Positions 1 through 14,239 of a stretch of 64,000 bases of DNA are shown here, piece after piece. Positions within the stretch are counted from its first letter, which is position 1. Every line of letters begins with the position of its first letter. The translations under genes were made by a program, and so were the position numbers. Source of the DNA: Stegostoma tigrinum (lineage: Eukaryota). The notes beneath the pieces are model-generated. The model was not told where the DNA came from, searched no databases, and saw nothing but the letters and a program-made list of their open reading frames with translations. The stretch is taken from contig NC_081397.1 in NCBI RefSeq assembly GCF_030684315.1, positions 15,276,421-15,340,420 of the forward strand. The letters run 5' to 3'.

Positions 1-279
1 TCACAGTATTGATCCAGTGTCACTCCCCAGTCTCGCCAGAGCTCAGTGAGTGAGTGTGCATGGCAAATGTGAGAGGCCAGGCAGGCAAGAAAAATGAATA
101 ATAAGGCACACATACACACAGTTTCAAAAACAGTGAGGCCAAAAATAAGCAGACGTTGAAAGGCACACAGGTCAATCTCTGTCAGAGGTTTGTGAAGAAT
201 AGTTTCCAGAACAATGACTATTGAACAATTGATGTCAGGATGCTTGGATTTTACAATTTTGTGTAAATCATTTTAAAGA

Positions 280-900
280 CCATAAGATGTAGAAGGAGAA
301 GTAGGCCACTCAACCCATCGAGTCTGCTCTGCTATTCAGTGAGATTATGCCTGATCTGATTATCTTCAACTCCAGTATCCTGCCCTTTTTCCCATATCAC
401 TTGGTTTCCATTACTAATTTGACATCTATCGCATCTTTGAATATACGTAATAACCCAGCCTCAAAAGCCCTCGAAGTAAAGAATTCCACAGATACACTCC
501 CTTCATAGAGAAGAGATTCCTCCTGATCTGTATCTTAAGTGGACAATCCGTTATTCTGAGATGATACCCTCTGGTGCTAAAGTCTTCCCACAATGGGAAA
601 CAGCTTCTCCACATCCAGCTTGTCAAGTTCCTCCAAGAAACTTCTATGTTTCAATGAGGTTACCTCTCCTTCTTTGAAACTAAATGAATGCAGGCCCAAG
701 CTCCACGACTTCTCCTCATCAGACAATCCCTCCATAACTGAGATCAGCCTTGGAAGCCTTCTCTGACTGCCTCCAATGCCAATATATCTTTTCTTAGATA
801 AAGAGCTGAAAACTAGAAAACTATTCACTGTTGTCCAGCTGCGATCTGACTATCCTCTTGTATAGGTTCAGCAGAACCTCCTCACTTTGATACTTTATCC
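280..900 (-). mobile_element. CR1-like LINE 3' fragment (degenerate)
   Basis: CR1 ORF2 C-terminal remnants on the minus strand (e.g. 'QRRLPRLISVMEGLSDEEK') and a typical 3' tail near 280-340; many stops; boundaries approximate. Confidence 0.75.
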
Positions 901-1594
901 TGTTTTGTTTTGATGGTGGTTGGCTGGTAGCATTTAGAGTGAGAGATTCTTTTACCTGCAAAGCAAGGGCTGCTGTTGGGTGAGTTTTTGGCTGCGACTT
1001 TTCCGGTACTGTGGTGCTTGATCCCCAGCTGGTGGAGACAGGCTTGTAGTTCACTAGCAAACCTCTGCCACTAGCCCTTACCAGGGTTGCACTCGATATT
1101 TAACCACTTGTATTTTATATATTCCTGGGAAGATAAGACATAAACTTTAGGAGAGGTCTTTCTGTTAAAGGGTAAGCGGGGGGTGGGGACGGTGAGGGGA
1201 GCGGGTGATATAGTCAGCTCCTTTATGATAATTTTCTGTCACATTTCTCTCTCTCTCTCATTTGAAATTTTGCTGACATATTGCAGGCGTCACGGCATTG
1301 TTTCAGGCAGGGGTCATAATTTCGGGAGGGAACATGAGGGAGGTCAGAAAATAGCTCATGTTTAACAACAAAAAAATGAAAGGCAAACAAACAAAGAAAT
1401 TTTACAGCTGACCTTAGAGAGACTTCAATATTGGAAATACTCACAGCTGGGAGTGTCAGCATTTCACAGCATTGATCAGCTAAATGTTTGTTGAATCTGT
1501 TTTTTAAAAAATCTATTGTAATGAGTAGGGTGAGATTTTTCATGTTTTACTGAGATCACTCTCTTGATTTAAAAAAAATAAACAACAGGTATTA

Positions 1595-2235
1595 AGTTAT
1601 CCTAGAGCAGTAAGACTGCGCTATTTTCTGGGTTGTTGATGAAGACACAGAGATGGCCTTTAGTAGAGTGATGTGCTCTTCCTGCCTGATGTGGGACATT
1701 CAGGAAAAAATCAGTGGTACTGGTGATAATGTCTGCAGGAAGTGCAAATCCTATTGGATCACATAGAGTAGCAGTTAGAAGTAATGAGGAATTTGCTGGA
1801 GCCAGGGGTGTGATGAATGGAAGTATCAAGAAGGTAGAAAAATTCCAGGTACCATTAGGTAGATGGGTTACCTCTAGGAAAGGTAGGAGGGAAGGCCGGT
1901 AATTCAGGAGTCTCCTGCGGCTATCTCAATATCAAATAAGTTTGCTGTTTCGGAAAATATAGTGGGTGATGGACTCTCAGGGGAATACAGCATTAACAGC
2001 CATATTTCTGAGGCTGAGGCTGGCTCTGATGAAATGGGGGTGATAAATCACATTTCAAGTGATCAATTGTGACAGGGGACTTTCTGGTCAGAGGCACAGA
2101 TAATCACTTCTGCGGCCAACAGTGAGACATCAGAATGGTGTGTGGCCTCCCTGTTGTGAAGATCAAGGATATCTTGGAGAGGGTGCAGAATATTCCCAAA
2201 GAGGAGAGCGATCAGCAGGAGGTCGCTGTACATAT
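1595..2235 (+). mobile_element. CR1-like LINE ORF1 fragment (zinc-finger/SGNH esterase region)
   Basis: Homologous to 5970-6620 in this window; decayed Cys-rich start and GDS(L)VRG esterase-like motif. Confidence 0.65.
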
Positions 2236-2236
2236 A

Positions 2237-3352
2237 ACATAGAACACAGAAAAGTACAGCACAGTACAGGCCCTTCAGGCCACGATGTTGTGCCGTGGAA
2301 TAATCCTAATCCAAAAATAAAATAACCTAACCTATATTCCCCTCAATTCACTGCCGTCCATGTGCATGTCCAGCAGTCACTTAAATGTCACTAATGACTC
2401 CGCTTCCACGACTACCACTGGCAAAGCATTCCATGCGCTCACAACTCTCTGGGTGAAGAACCTCCCTCTGACATCTCTATACCTTCCTCCTAACACCTTA
2501 AAACTATGACCCCTCGTGGCAGTCAATCCTGCCCTGGGGAAAGGTCTCTGGCCATCGACTCTATCCATGTCTCTCATTACCTTGTACACCTCGATCAGGC
2601 CACCTCTCTTCCTCCTTCTCTCCAGAGAGAAAAGTCTGAGCTCAGTCAACCTCTCCTCGTAAGACAAGCCCTCCAGTCCAGGCAACATCCTGGTAAACCT
2701 CCTTTGCACCCTCTCCAAAGCCTCCACATCTTTCCTATTATAGGGCGACCAGAACTGGACACAATATTCCACGTGTGGTCTCACCAGGATCTTGTACACA
2801 GCAGCAAAACCTCATGGCTCGTAAACTCGATCCCGCTGTTAATGAAAGCCAAAACACCATATGCTTTCTTAACAACCTTATCCACTTGGGTGGCAACTTT
2901 GAGGGAGCTATGCACTTGAACACCAAGATCCCGCTGTTTCTCCACACTGCCAAGAATCTTGCCTTTAATCCTATATTCAGCATTTAAATTCGGCCTTCCA
3001 AAATGCATCACTTCCCATTTATCCAGGTTGAACTCTATCTGCCATTTCTCAGCCCAGCTCTGCAGACTGTGAATGTCTCACTGAAGCCTGCAATAGCCCT
3101 CGATACTATCAATGGCACCTCCAACCTTTGTGTCATCAGCAAACATACTAACCCACTCCTCAACCTCCTCATCCAAGTCATTTATAAAAACTACAAAGAG
3201 CAGAGGCCCAAGAACAGAGCCCTGCAGGACACCACTCAGCACTGGGCCTCCAGGCAGAATACTTACCATCTACAACCCCTCTCTGCCTCAGGTCAGCCAA
3301 CCAATTCTGAATCCAGACAGCCAGATTACCCTGTATCCCATACCTCCTGACT
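2237..3352 (-). mobile_element. CR1-like LINE, 5'-truncated (RT C-terminus plus 3' tail)
   Basis: ORF pieces 'GVLQGSVLGPLLF..FADDTK' and 'LVRPHVEYCVQFWSP..QRRFTRMLPG'; frameshifted. Confidence 0.93.
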
Positions 3353-4790
3353 TTACTTCCCATCTGTTTTTACTCAGGAGAAGGATGTAGGTGCAGAATT
3401 CTTGAAGAGAGACTGTGAGGTTCTTGAGCAGATTGACATCGGGAGTGAGGAGGTATCAGAGGTTTTGGCAGGTTGAAAGTGCACAAAGCCCCAGGTCTGG
3501 CTGAGTTGTATCCCAAGCTGCTGTGAGAGACAGAGCAGGAAATTACAGCTGCTCCGACCCAAAATGCTCATTGCTCTCTGGCCACAGTGGAGGTGCCAGG
3601 GAGCTGGAGGACAGCTAATGCCATTCTACTTTTCAAGCCGGTTGTGAGATAAACAAAGAAATTAAACTCTAGAGAGTCTCACATCATGGTAGGGAAACCT
3701 CAGGATAAAATTCAGAAGGAGAGACTTAATCTCCACTTGGGAAGCCAGATTTGATAAGGGATAGTCAGCATAGCTTTGTCAGAGGGAAATCTTATCAAAT
3801 ATGTCAGACTGAATTTTTTTGCAGAGGTGACCAGCTGTGTGGGTGACGGTAATGCAGAAGATGTGGTTTATAGGAATTTCAGCAAGGCCTTTCACAAGGT
3901 CCCACATGGGAGACTGCTAAAGAAGGTAAAATCATCTTGGCAAGTTGAGTCCAACGTTGGTTTAGTGCCCAGAGACACAGAGTGGTAGAGGCACTGTTTG
4001 AGTGCCCGGAGTCTAGTGTGCAGTGGGAGGTCACAGGGTCCTTATTGTTTGGGAGGTATATAAACAATACAGATCAGAGTGGGGAGAAGGTGTGGAATGA
4101 TAAGTAAGTTTGTGAATGACACAATGATTGTGTGGGCGGTTGACAGTGAGGAAGAAGTTGTTAGGTTAGAGAAGGATATAAATGGATTGGTCAGATGGAC
4201 AGATCAGTGGCAGGTGGAACTTAACCCTGGTAAATGGGAGGTGATGCACTAAGACAAAGAGAGTTCAATGAATGATAGGACACTGGGAAGCTCAAAGGAT
4301 CAGAGAGATCAGGAGTGCTTATCCATGAATCCCTGATGGCAGCACAACATGGTAATAGGATGGTTCGTAAGGCATTTGGGACACGATTTTATCAGTTGAG
4401 GCATCGATTTTAAGAGCAGGAAGGTTATGTTGGAGCTGTACAGAACATTGGCTCGGCCACAGGCAGAGTGCTATGTGCAGTTCTGTTCTCCAGACTATAG
4501 GAAAGATGTGATTACATTGGACAGGGTGGAGAGGAAAGTCACCAGGATGTTGTCTGGGACGGAGAATTTCAGCAATGGTGGGAGGCTGGATAAGCTTGGG
4601 TTGTTTTCCTTGGAGGGGAGAAGATAGAGGGGGAACCTGATAGAGCTTATGAGGGGCATGGACAGGGTGGATAGGAAGCAGCTGTTCAACTTAGTCGATG
4701 GGTCAGTAAGAAGGGGCATAAATTTAAGGTGAAAGGCAGGAAAAGCTTTTTCACCCAGATTGTGGTGGAATCGAGAAAGGGCTAGTGTTC
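3353..4790 (+). mobile_element. CR1-like LINE ORF2 fragment (old)
   Basis: 'FSKAFHKVPHGRLLKKV' and 'LYRTLARPQAECYVQFCSP'; multiple stops. Confidence 0.85.
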
Positions 4791-5899
4791 CTGAGCTCAC
4801 CCTGGAGGCAGCATCCCTGGAGCTGGCCACTTGTTCAACAGGTTGACTTTATGATACAATGGTGACTATGCATTTCAATTCAGATTTTAGCTGGACATAT
4901 TAATAACATCCTCTATTATATAACATCTAAATAATGGGTTGTCAAAATGTACAGCAATCAGTCAATTTCTGTGTCATGCAGTGCGTGTGAAATGAGATTG
5001 CTGTGAGACAAGAATAAGTCATCTCACCAACCTGCCTCTGAGCGGAAAGTTGCTGCATGTTGTCTGTCCTAAAGTGATACTTAAGATCAAGAGAATTGTG
5101 CTACTGAAATCATACTGCTGTGTGTCATCCAGGGCTCCCTTATTGAGCCAGGTTCACAGCACCAATTAAAGAACGCATATTCTATGAGGTCTAGCTGGTT
5201 GGCTTCATTATAGTCACTACAGTGGGTGCCTGGAATTTGCTGCCCAAGTTGGTGGTGGAGGGAGACCCTTAACTCTTTTAAAAATACCTTAACCCGCACC
5301 TTAAGTGCTATAAAGCTGTACGGTTATGGGCCATGTGCAGGAAGATTGGATTAAAGAGCATCTGGATGTCTTCGAGTCATCATAGTCAAGATGAGCTGAA
5401 TGCCACCCTTCTGTGCTGTATCATTTCTATAGTTCTAATAGGAAGTAAACTTCTGCACCTTCCCTTCACATCTTTGCAATAGGAACATCAGTTGTCCTGA
5501 CACAAATTGGATTGGCAATATCACTGTTTGAGTTCACCGAAGTCAATGCAATGCAGGCGAATGTGACTGGTTTAACTGCCTGAGATTTGGAACAGTTATG
5601 ATCAGCTGATTCCAGGTATGTCTGAATAGAAACTTACAAAGACAACATTTATGACCTCCAGGAAGCTGACTGAGCAAGTATGACGTCAGTTATTAGTCAT
5701 TTTTTTGAACAGTTTGCAACAGGGTAGGTTGTCCTTGGTGGTGTCTGTTTGAAATATGAATTATAAAATCAAGCTTAACTTTTGTTGAAGGGTTTTAGGC
5801 TTTGCCATGCAATTAGTATCTGTACCCAAATTCTATGGGCCTAAATGCTGAAAAGTCCCGGGATTATGGTCTGTGCCAGAAATCTTTAAAAGATCTGTC

Positions 5900-8800
5900 T
5901 CTTGATTAAGCTTTAAAAGTATAAAACATAGGTAATAAGTTTGCCTGAACCAGTGCTTTTTAAAGCCATAAGACTGTACTATTTTCTGGGTCTGTAGATT
6001 GTTAAGGTGCACAGATGGCCTTTAGCAGAGTAATGTGCTCTTCCTGTCAGATGTGGGAGAGTTTCCACGTTACTGATGGTTATGTCTGCAGGAAGTGTGT
6101 TTTGTTTTGAATCCCGTCAGATTGCATGGATCTTTTGGAGCGGCAGTTAGAGGCAATGAGGGGTTTGCAGGAGCTAAGCGGGTGTGTGATGGATGGCAGT
6201 TGCAGAGTGAGAGAAAAACAGAAGGTATTGTCAGGTGGATGGGTGACTTCCTGGAAAGGTAGGTGAGCAAAGCAGGGCAAACAGGAGTCTCCTGTGACCA
6301 TCCCCATCTCAAACAAGTATGCTGTTTTGGAAAATGTAGAGGTTGATCGACTCGCAGGGGAACGGAACACAAATAGCCAGGTTTCTGGTACTGAGACTGG
6401 CTATAATGTAACGAGGGGTACATCAGATCCCAAGCTATTGATTGTGATCGGGGATTCTCTAGTCAGAGGCACAGACAGATGTTTCTGTTGCTGACAGTGT
6501 GAAATCAGAATGGTGTGCTGCTTCCCTGGTGCCAGAATCAAGGGTATGGGGAGAGGGTGCAGAATATTCTCAATGGGGAGAGGGGTCAGCAGGAGGTTGT
6601 TGTATGCATTGGATTGAATGATAAAGGAAGAGAAAAGGATGAGATTCTGAGGAGAGAATATTTGAAGTTAGGCAGGAATATAAAAGGAGGTCCTTGAGGG
6701 GAATAATATCTGAATTACTCCCAGTGCCATGAGCTGGTGAGGGTAGGAATAGGAGGATAGAGCAGATGAATGCGTGGCTAAGGAGCTGGTGCAGGGGAGA
6801 AGGAATCACATTTTTGGATCATTGGAATCTCCAGAACGTTAACGTGAAGGGTAAGGCTGGTAGGTGTAGGGAATGCTGGGTGATGACAGAAATTGAAGTT
6901 TTAGTCAAGAATAAGAAGGAAACATATGACAAATATAGACAGCAAAGGTCAAGTGTACAGGTTAGTACCAACGACAGAGGAAGAGAAAAGGATGAGTTTC
7001 TAAAGCGAGAATGCAGGAAATTATGAAGCAGGCTGAGCATAGGCCCTCAAGGGCAATAATATGTGGCTTACTCCTGTGCCATGTGTTAGTGGCAGTCAGA
7101 ATAGAAAAATAGAGCAGATGATTGTGACTGAGGAGCTGGAGTGTGGGAGAAGGAAACACATTTTTGGCTCATCGGAATGTCTTCTGGGGTACAATTGATC
7201 TGTCTAAGAAGGACATGTTGCACCTGAGCGGCACAATGGCTCAGTGGTTAGCACTGCAGCCTCACAGCGCCAGGGACCCGGGTTTGAATCTGGCCTTGGA
7301 TAACTGTCTGTGCAGAGTTTGCACATTCTTGCTGTGTCGGCGCGGGTTTCCTCTAGGTGCTCTGGTTTCATTCCACAGTCCGAAGATGTGCAGGCTAGGT
7401 GGATCAGCCATGCTAAATTTCCTGTAGTGTTATAGGGATGGGGCTGAGTGGGATTCTCAAGGGGCAGTGTGTACTTGTTGGGCTGTAGGGCCTGTTTCCA
7501 CACTGTAGGGAATCTAATCTAATCTGACACGGAACACAGATTTGCCCTCTCGGGAGTTTCTTTTGAGGGGATGTCGATTGTGTCGGAGAAATAGTGAGGA
7601 AAGATGTCAGTCCGAGGCTGGAGCAGTTGAGAAAAGGAGCAAATCAAACAGTCAAAGCAGTCTGGAGCAGGACTGATAAATTGCACTGCATTTATTTCAA
7701 AGCAAGAGGCCGGTCAGGTAAGGAAGATGAACTCAGGCCATGATTGGGAACATGGGACTGGGATATCATAGCTATTACAAAAACATGACTCAAAGATGAA
7801 CAGGACTGGCAACTTAATATTGCAGGGCTCAGGTGCTCATGGAAGGATATGCTATGGAGGTGCCAGTGAGGAAAGGATAGAAAGGGGGACAAGAAAGGAG
7901 GAGGAGTGGTAATCCTTGTTAGGGATAACATTATGGCTGTGCTTAGGTAGGATATTCTGGGGAGTAGGTCCAGTGATGTTACTTGGGTCAAATTGAGAAA
8001 TGAGAAAGTGGTGATCACCTTACTGACACTGGTGTATAGCTGCACCACCCCCAACCCCCCAATAGTCAGTGGGAAATTGAGAAGTACATTCGTCAGGAGA
8101 TCTCCGTTATCTGTAAGGAAACTTGGCTTGTAATGTACGGGATTTTAACTCTCCAAATATAGAGTTAAGGACTTGGAGGGAGAAAAAATTGTCACGGGTG
8201 GACAAAAATATTTTTCTTACCTATTAGAGAAGGACCAAAACTTGAGCTTCTTTTGGGAAATGAGGCAAGACTGAGGTGTCAGTGGTGTGGTACGTTGGGA
8301 CCAGTGATCATAACTCTATGCATTTCAAAATAGTTATGGGAAGTGTTAGACCCGATCTAAAACTTGAAGTTTCAAATTAGAGGAAGGCCAAGTTTGACTG
8401 TGTTGGGGAAGAACTTTCAAAAGTTGATTGAAACTGGATATTCACAGGTAAAGGTACGGCTAGAAAATTGGTGGTCTTCAAAAAATGAGCTAATGAGAAT
8501 CCAGAGACAGTAAGTTCCAGTTACTGTGAAGGGCAAGGCTGGTATTGTATAGGGAATTCTGGATGACGAGAGGAATTGAGGCTCTGGTCAAGAAAAAAAG
8601 ATGGAATCATAAGTCAAGTACAGGCAGCAGCGTTCAAGTGAATCTCAAGTAGAGTATAAGGACAGTCAAAGTATACTCAAGAGAAAAATGAGGAAGACAA
8701 AAAGGGGACATGAGATAGATTTGGCAAGTAGGGTATGGAGAATCCAAAGAGATTCCTCAAATAGATCAAAGATTAAAGAAAAAGTAACGATGGAGATAAT

Positions 8801-10990
8801 AGGGCCCCTTAAATGTCAGGAAGGCCACCTATGTATGGAGCCGCAGGAGATGGGCAAGATAATAAATGAGCATTTTGTGCTAGTATTTACTGTGGAGAAG
8901 GGGACGGAAGGGAGGGAACTTGGAGAAACAAATAGTGATAGCTTAAAATGTGTTCCTATTACAGAGGGGGTGGTGCCGGACATCTTAAAGTGCATCAAGT
9001 TTGATCAATCCCCAGGACCTGATCAGGTGTACCCCAGAACTTTGTGGGAAGACAGGGGAGTGATTGCTGGGCCCCTTTGCTGAGATTTTGTATCATCAAT
9101 AGCCCTGGGTGAAGTAGCAGAAAACTGAAGGTTGGCTAATGTGGCACCATTATTGAAGAAACATGTTACGGAACAGCGAGGGAACTATTGACCAGTGTGC
9201 CTGTTGTCAATGATGGGTAAGTTTTTGGATTCTGAGGGACAGGATTTACATATATTTGGAAAGGCAAGGAATGATTAGATATAGTCAACATGGCTTTGTG
9301 CATGAGAAATCATGTCTCATGAACTTGGTGGAGTTTCTTTAACACATTTATATGGAATTCAGTAAGGCATTTGAAAGGTCTTAAAATGCACAAAGTTAGA
9401 TAAATCTCCAGGACCTGATCAAATACTTCTGTGGACATATGGGAAGCTAGGGAAGAAATGTGAGCCTGAAGTGGAGGTATTTGCATCTTTTACAGCCATA
9501 GGTGAGATGCCAGACGACTGGGGAGTGGCAAATGTTGTGGCATTATTTCAAACGTTTGCAATGAAAAACCAAAAAACTTATATTGAAACTACAAAGCAAT
9601 GAGCCTAATGTGAGCCATGATAAGTTGTTTGAGGGGATTCTGAGAGATAGGATCTACGTGCGCTTGCAAAGGCAAGGACTGATTATGGATCATCAGCATG
9701 GTTAGGTGTGTGAGAAATCAGTCCTCACAGATTTGGCTGTGTTTTTTGAACATGTGACCAAGTAAGTAGATGAAGACAAAGTGGTCGATGTTGCCTATGT
9801 GGCCTTTATCAAGATGTTCAACAAGGTTCTGCATGGTAGACGGGTTATGAAGGCTGGAAGGTGTTGAATCCAGGGAAGCTCATCAGCTGGGTACAAAATT
9901 AGGCTGACAGTAGGAAACAGAGGGTAGTGGTGGATGGCCATTTTTCAGATCGAAGGCCTGCAACCAGTCGTGTACTGCAAGGGTCAGTGCTGGGTCCAGT
10001 GTTGTGTTTCGCTTATAAAAAAATGATTCAAATGAGAATGTAAGAGGCATGATTAGTAAGTTTGCGGATGACACCAACATTGGTGGTAGAGTGGATACTG
10101 AAGGTTATCTAAGACAACAACAGGACCTTGTAGTGTTACCTAAGACTACAACAGGAGGAAAGGTCACTGGACCTTCACAGATGCTGCCAGACCCGCTGTG
10201 CTTTTCCAGAAACTGTGTTTTTTTAACAACAGGATCTTTTTCAACTAGGCCAATAGGCCGAGGAATCACAAATAGAGTTTAATTCTGATGTATACAAGGT
10301 GCTGCCTTTTGGTAAAACAAACCAGTGCAGGATTTGCACAGTTAATGGTAGAGCCCTGGGAGTGGTGTCAAACAAAGAAACTTAGGGATGCAGGTACATA
10401 TTACCTGGAAAGCGGCAACACAGGTAGACAGGATGGTAAAGACAGCCTTTGGCCCACTTGCCTTCATTGGTCAGAATATTGAAAATTGGGGTGGGATGTC
10501 ATTTTACAGCTGTGTAATCTCTGGTAATGCCACATTTGAGATACAGTATACAATTTCAGTCACTCTAATATAGAAAAGATGCTATTCAACCAGATTGTCT
10601 GTAAAGTAGACTTACAAAGATATTATTGAAACTGGAAGATTGAGATTTAAGGAGAGACTGGATAGCCAGGGACATTTCCTCATGAGGGCCGAAAGAAAGT
10701 GAATAACGAAAGTCTCTTCTCCCAGGTGGGGGAATTCAGAACTCGAAGGCAAAAATTTAAGGTGAGAGGAAAAGATTTAAAACGGACCAAACAGGCAACT
10801 TTTTCACTCAGTGCGTTGTACATATATGGAATGAGATGCTGCAGGAATTGGTAGAGGCGTGTGCAATTACACATTTAAAATGCATTTGGACAGGTTCACC
10901 AATCGGAAAGGTTGAGACGAATATGCACCAAATGCAGGCAAACGGGATTAAGTTCAGTTTGGAAAAGTTGGTCGTCGCGGACGAGTTGCA
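5900..10990 (+). mobile_element. Mosaic of near-full-length degenerate CR1-like LINE (ORF1 esterase, APE, RT, 3' tail)
   Basis: 'IVIGDSLVRGTD' and 'MNAWLRSWCRGEG' (ORF1), 'SPGPDQVYPRTLWE' and 'ISKFADDT' (ORF2); internal duplications and nested insertions. Confidence 0.88.
7228..7525 (+). mobile_element. HE1/V-SINE-like tRNA-derived SINE
   Basis: A-box TGGCTCAGTGG, degenerate B-box GGTTTGAATC, V-domain-like core, CR1-type tail GGGCCTGTTTCC ending in (AATCT)3. Confidence 0.88.
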
Positions 10991-11039
10991 AGTGTGTGGG
11001 GAAAATAAAAATAATTTATTCACATTACATTTCACCTGC

Positions 11040-11290
11040 CATGTACGTGCCCTCTCACAAGTTTGTCCAAATCAAAAATCACGCATAAGCCGATACAGAT
11101 CAATTGGTCACAAACTCCTCAGACATGAGCAAGATTGCCCCCTAAAAAGATGGCGGCGACCCGTGCACTGCCGAGCAAACCGGGCCGCCGCCTCTGCGCC
11201 CCTCATTTCAAATCAAGATGGCGGCAATGAACCGAGCTATAAATTCCGGGAGAGGTGAAAAAAAAACCCGGTAGCATTGGAAGGTCGTGG
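11040..11290. promoter_or_regulatory. CpG-rich promoter-like segment with two YY1 motifs
   Basis: AAGATGGCGGC at ~11147 and ~11215; locally retained CpGs. Confidence 0.5.
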
Positions 11291-11294
11291 TCAG

Positions 11295-12095
11295 AGGTAA
11301 TGAGAAGCGCAAACGCTGGAGATTCCAAGATAACAAAATGCGGGGCTGGATGAACACAGCAGGCCAAGCAGTATCTTAGGAGCACAAAAGCTGACGTTTT
11401 GGGCCGAGACCCTTCATCAGAAAAGAGGGATGAGGAGAGGATTCTGAAATAAATAAGGAGAGAGGGGGAGGCGGACTGAAGATGGATAGAGGAGAAGATA
11501 GGTGGAGAGGAGAGTATGGGAGGGGCTAGGTAAGTCCAGGGAGGACGGGCAGATCAAGGGGGCGGGATGAGGTTGGTAGGTGGAAAATGGAGGTGCGGCT
11601 TGAGATGGGAGGAGGGGATAAGTGAGAGGAAGAACAGGTTAGGCAGGCGGGGACGAGCTAGGCTGGTTTTGGGATGGAGTGGTGGGAGAGGAGCTTTTAA
11701 GCTTCTGAAATTCACATTGATACCATTAGGCTGCAGGGTTCCCAAGTGGAATATGAAATGCTGTTCCTGCAACCTTCGGGTGGCATCGTTATGGCACTGC
11801 AGGAGGCCCAGGATGGACATGTCGTCTCAGGAATGGGAGGGGGAGTTCAAATGGTTTGTGACTGGGGTGTACATTTGTTTACTGTGGACCGAGCGTAGGT
11901 GTTCTGCAAAGCAACCCCCAAGCCTCTGCTTGGTTTCTCCAATGTAGAGGAAGCCACAGCGGATGCGGTATACCACATTGGCAGGTGAACATCTGCTTGA
12001 TGTGGAAAGTCATCTTGGGGCCTGGGATGGGGGTGAGGGAGGTGGTGTGAGGGCAGATGTGGTACTTCCTGCAGTTGTAAGGGAAGGTGCAGGGT
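11295..12095 (-). mobile_element. Penelope-like element 3' fragment (GIY-YIG endonuclease tail plus pLTR with mutated hammerhead)
   Basis: Minus-strand 'RRLQEQHFIFHLGTLQPNGINV' resembles a PLE endonuclease C-terminus; reverse complement of 11391-11422 reads CTGATGA-A-GGG-tctcgg-CCC-aAAA-CGTC. Confidence 0.82.
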
Positions 12096-12840
12096 GTGGT
12101 GGGGTCGTATTCGGATTTACGGCTTACCGAATATGGTTAGGAAGCTTTTCCGTCGTGTCCAGTGCTCCCCACGCCGTCCCGAATTGTTAATCGTCCTACA
12201 GAAGCGACTGAAACCGCTTGTCCATCACCGTGGTGGATCTCGTGCATGCTCTATTCACACGTCGTCCTGCGCCCATGCACTGTTCTCCTTTTCCACAAGC
12301 AGATGGTGAGGAGGTGGTGGTGTTGGACCGGGGTGGACAATGTCTGAAAGCGCACAACATCAGGTGATAGACCAACATTCTCTCTCTCTGTCACACTCAC
12401 GTGAATCTATGGGGTGAATTTGTATTTGCAGGGACATTCAGTTTTGTTCAAAAAGCAAATAATCTATTGATAGTCAGTCAAAATGGTGTTTTGTAAATTC
12501 CTGCTTGAGAAATAAAAACCAGTTTGACTCCAAAGTAAAACAGAAACAGATTCTGAACAAGGTCTCACTACTGATGTGCACTGTCCGACCAGAAATGTTA
12601 CCCCCAAAAAAACCTTTATTTCTCTCAGGGCAACAACGACAGGAATTCGGGGATTTACACGTACATATCAATCAATTTAAAACCTTCTTACTGATGAAAG
12701 ATTTTACAGCATCTTGTTTAACACGGCCTCATCAGTGGTTTGACCCTTTGATCTTTTATCTCTGAAGAGATGGTCCCCACCGCCAAATATCCCGGGTACT
12801 TGAGGCACAATTGACTGTTGGCCCGACTGTCGTCTCGACG

Positions 12841-13020
12841 GGAGGATCGATTAGCTCAGCTTGCTGGATGACTGATCTCAGCATCGTCGGCTTAATTCTT
12901 GAAAAATCTGAGTTTACCATTGCTTTGCAACGTCCCCATTGCCAGATTCGCGGCGACCCCCTTATTTAAGTGAGCAGCCTGAAACTCCAGTTGGACTATG
13001 GCGACTTTGCCTTTTTATTG
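12841..13020 (+). mobile_element. Degenerate tRNA-derived SINE-like fragment
   Basis: TAGCTCAGCTTG A-box-like head; remainder heavily decayed. Confidence 0.35.
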
Positions 13021-13739
13021 AGTCAGTCTTGTTGTTATGCAATATAGAATGGAGCCGAGGGAAAACAAAACACTTAAATAAAATAAAGAACTGCAGATGC
13101 TGGAACTCTGAAACAAAAAGCTGATGAATGTGGGACTTTTTTTGTCCTCGCTGTTTAACTGGTTAAACTGTTCTCCATTTATCTCAAAGCTATGTCGGTC
13201 ATGATGAATTTAAGTGACTTTGTCATATCTTAATGTAATGATTTGAGATAAACGTCTATAAACTTTCACTTTCAAATAAAAGGAGTTTGCAAATGACATC
13301 ACTCTCAGTACAGGGTAGAAATTCAGAACACAATTTTTTTCTCTCTTATTTTGCCCCTCCTGCTGTCCCAAAGTTGTAAATGCTGGCCACACGCACGTCC
13401 ATTCCTCTTTGGGGTGAAATCCATATCTACTGTTTCCTTCCACAATTCCCAGATTTCTTCCGACTCCCAACTCTTCTGCTTCTCTCCATTACTGCAGTTC
13501 CTATCTGTTCACAGAAAATCAAACAAGTGAGAGTTTGAGGCTTGCAACGAATTCTGTGCAATTATACAAGGAACTATTCAGGCCTCACTTGGAATGCACT
13601 GAATGTTTATGCGTTTGTTATATGAGAAAACAAATCAGAATGGCACATATGCCATTTCCCTCAAAGAAACATTAGAACTGGAAATCATACAGTTAACTGA
13701 GTTAACAGAACCAGCCAAGTAACATCCTGTGCGTACAAT

Positions 13740-14180
13740 AGTCAATGGCGGCACAGCTACCCAGAATGCCAAAGAGCATTAAATGTTCCCTAGTCACAGG
13801 ACAGGAAAATGTGCGCCGGCGCAGTGCCATGTGTGACGACTTTGTGCAGGGTGATAGCGATGGAGGAGCGTTGGTTCAGGCGGCTCTTGGACCGCTAACA
13901 AACGGACAGAACGACGGGGCCGCTGCATTCAGCATATGGACGGAAAAGCTTCGTAAAGATGTTCGGTAAGCTGTAAACCCCAGCACGACCTTCTGATGCT
14001 TCCGTTTGTCGCCAATGCCGGAGTTTAAAGTTGAATTGATGGCCGCCATTTCGTTTGATAATGACGGGCGGTGGGGCGCAGGTGCGGCGGCAATGTTTGT
14101 TGGGGGAATGCGCTCGCGGTGCCGCCATGTTTTTAGGGGGCAACATTGTTCCTGACTGGAAGGAGTTTACCACCAATTGC
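13740..14180 (+). promoter_or_regulatory. CpG-island-like promoter / putative non-coding first exon
   Basis: CpG-rich; YY1-like ATGGCGGC/GCCGCCAT at ~13745, ~14042, ~14121; donor CG|GTAAGC at 13965/13966. Confidence 0.55.
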
Positions 14181-14239
14181 TTACAATGAGGATAACTCTG
14201 ATGCTGCTTGGCCTGCTGTGTTCATCCAGCTCTACACCT

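Noticed and set aside
5483-5615. Exon-like segment with good acceptor and CAG|GTATGT donor
   Set aside because: All three frames contain stops and no partner exons were identified.
7228-7300. tRNA genes (also ~31700)
   Set aside because: The A/B boxes continue into SINE bodies and tails; no complete cloverleaf.
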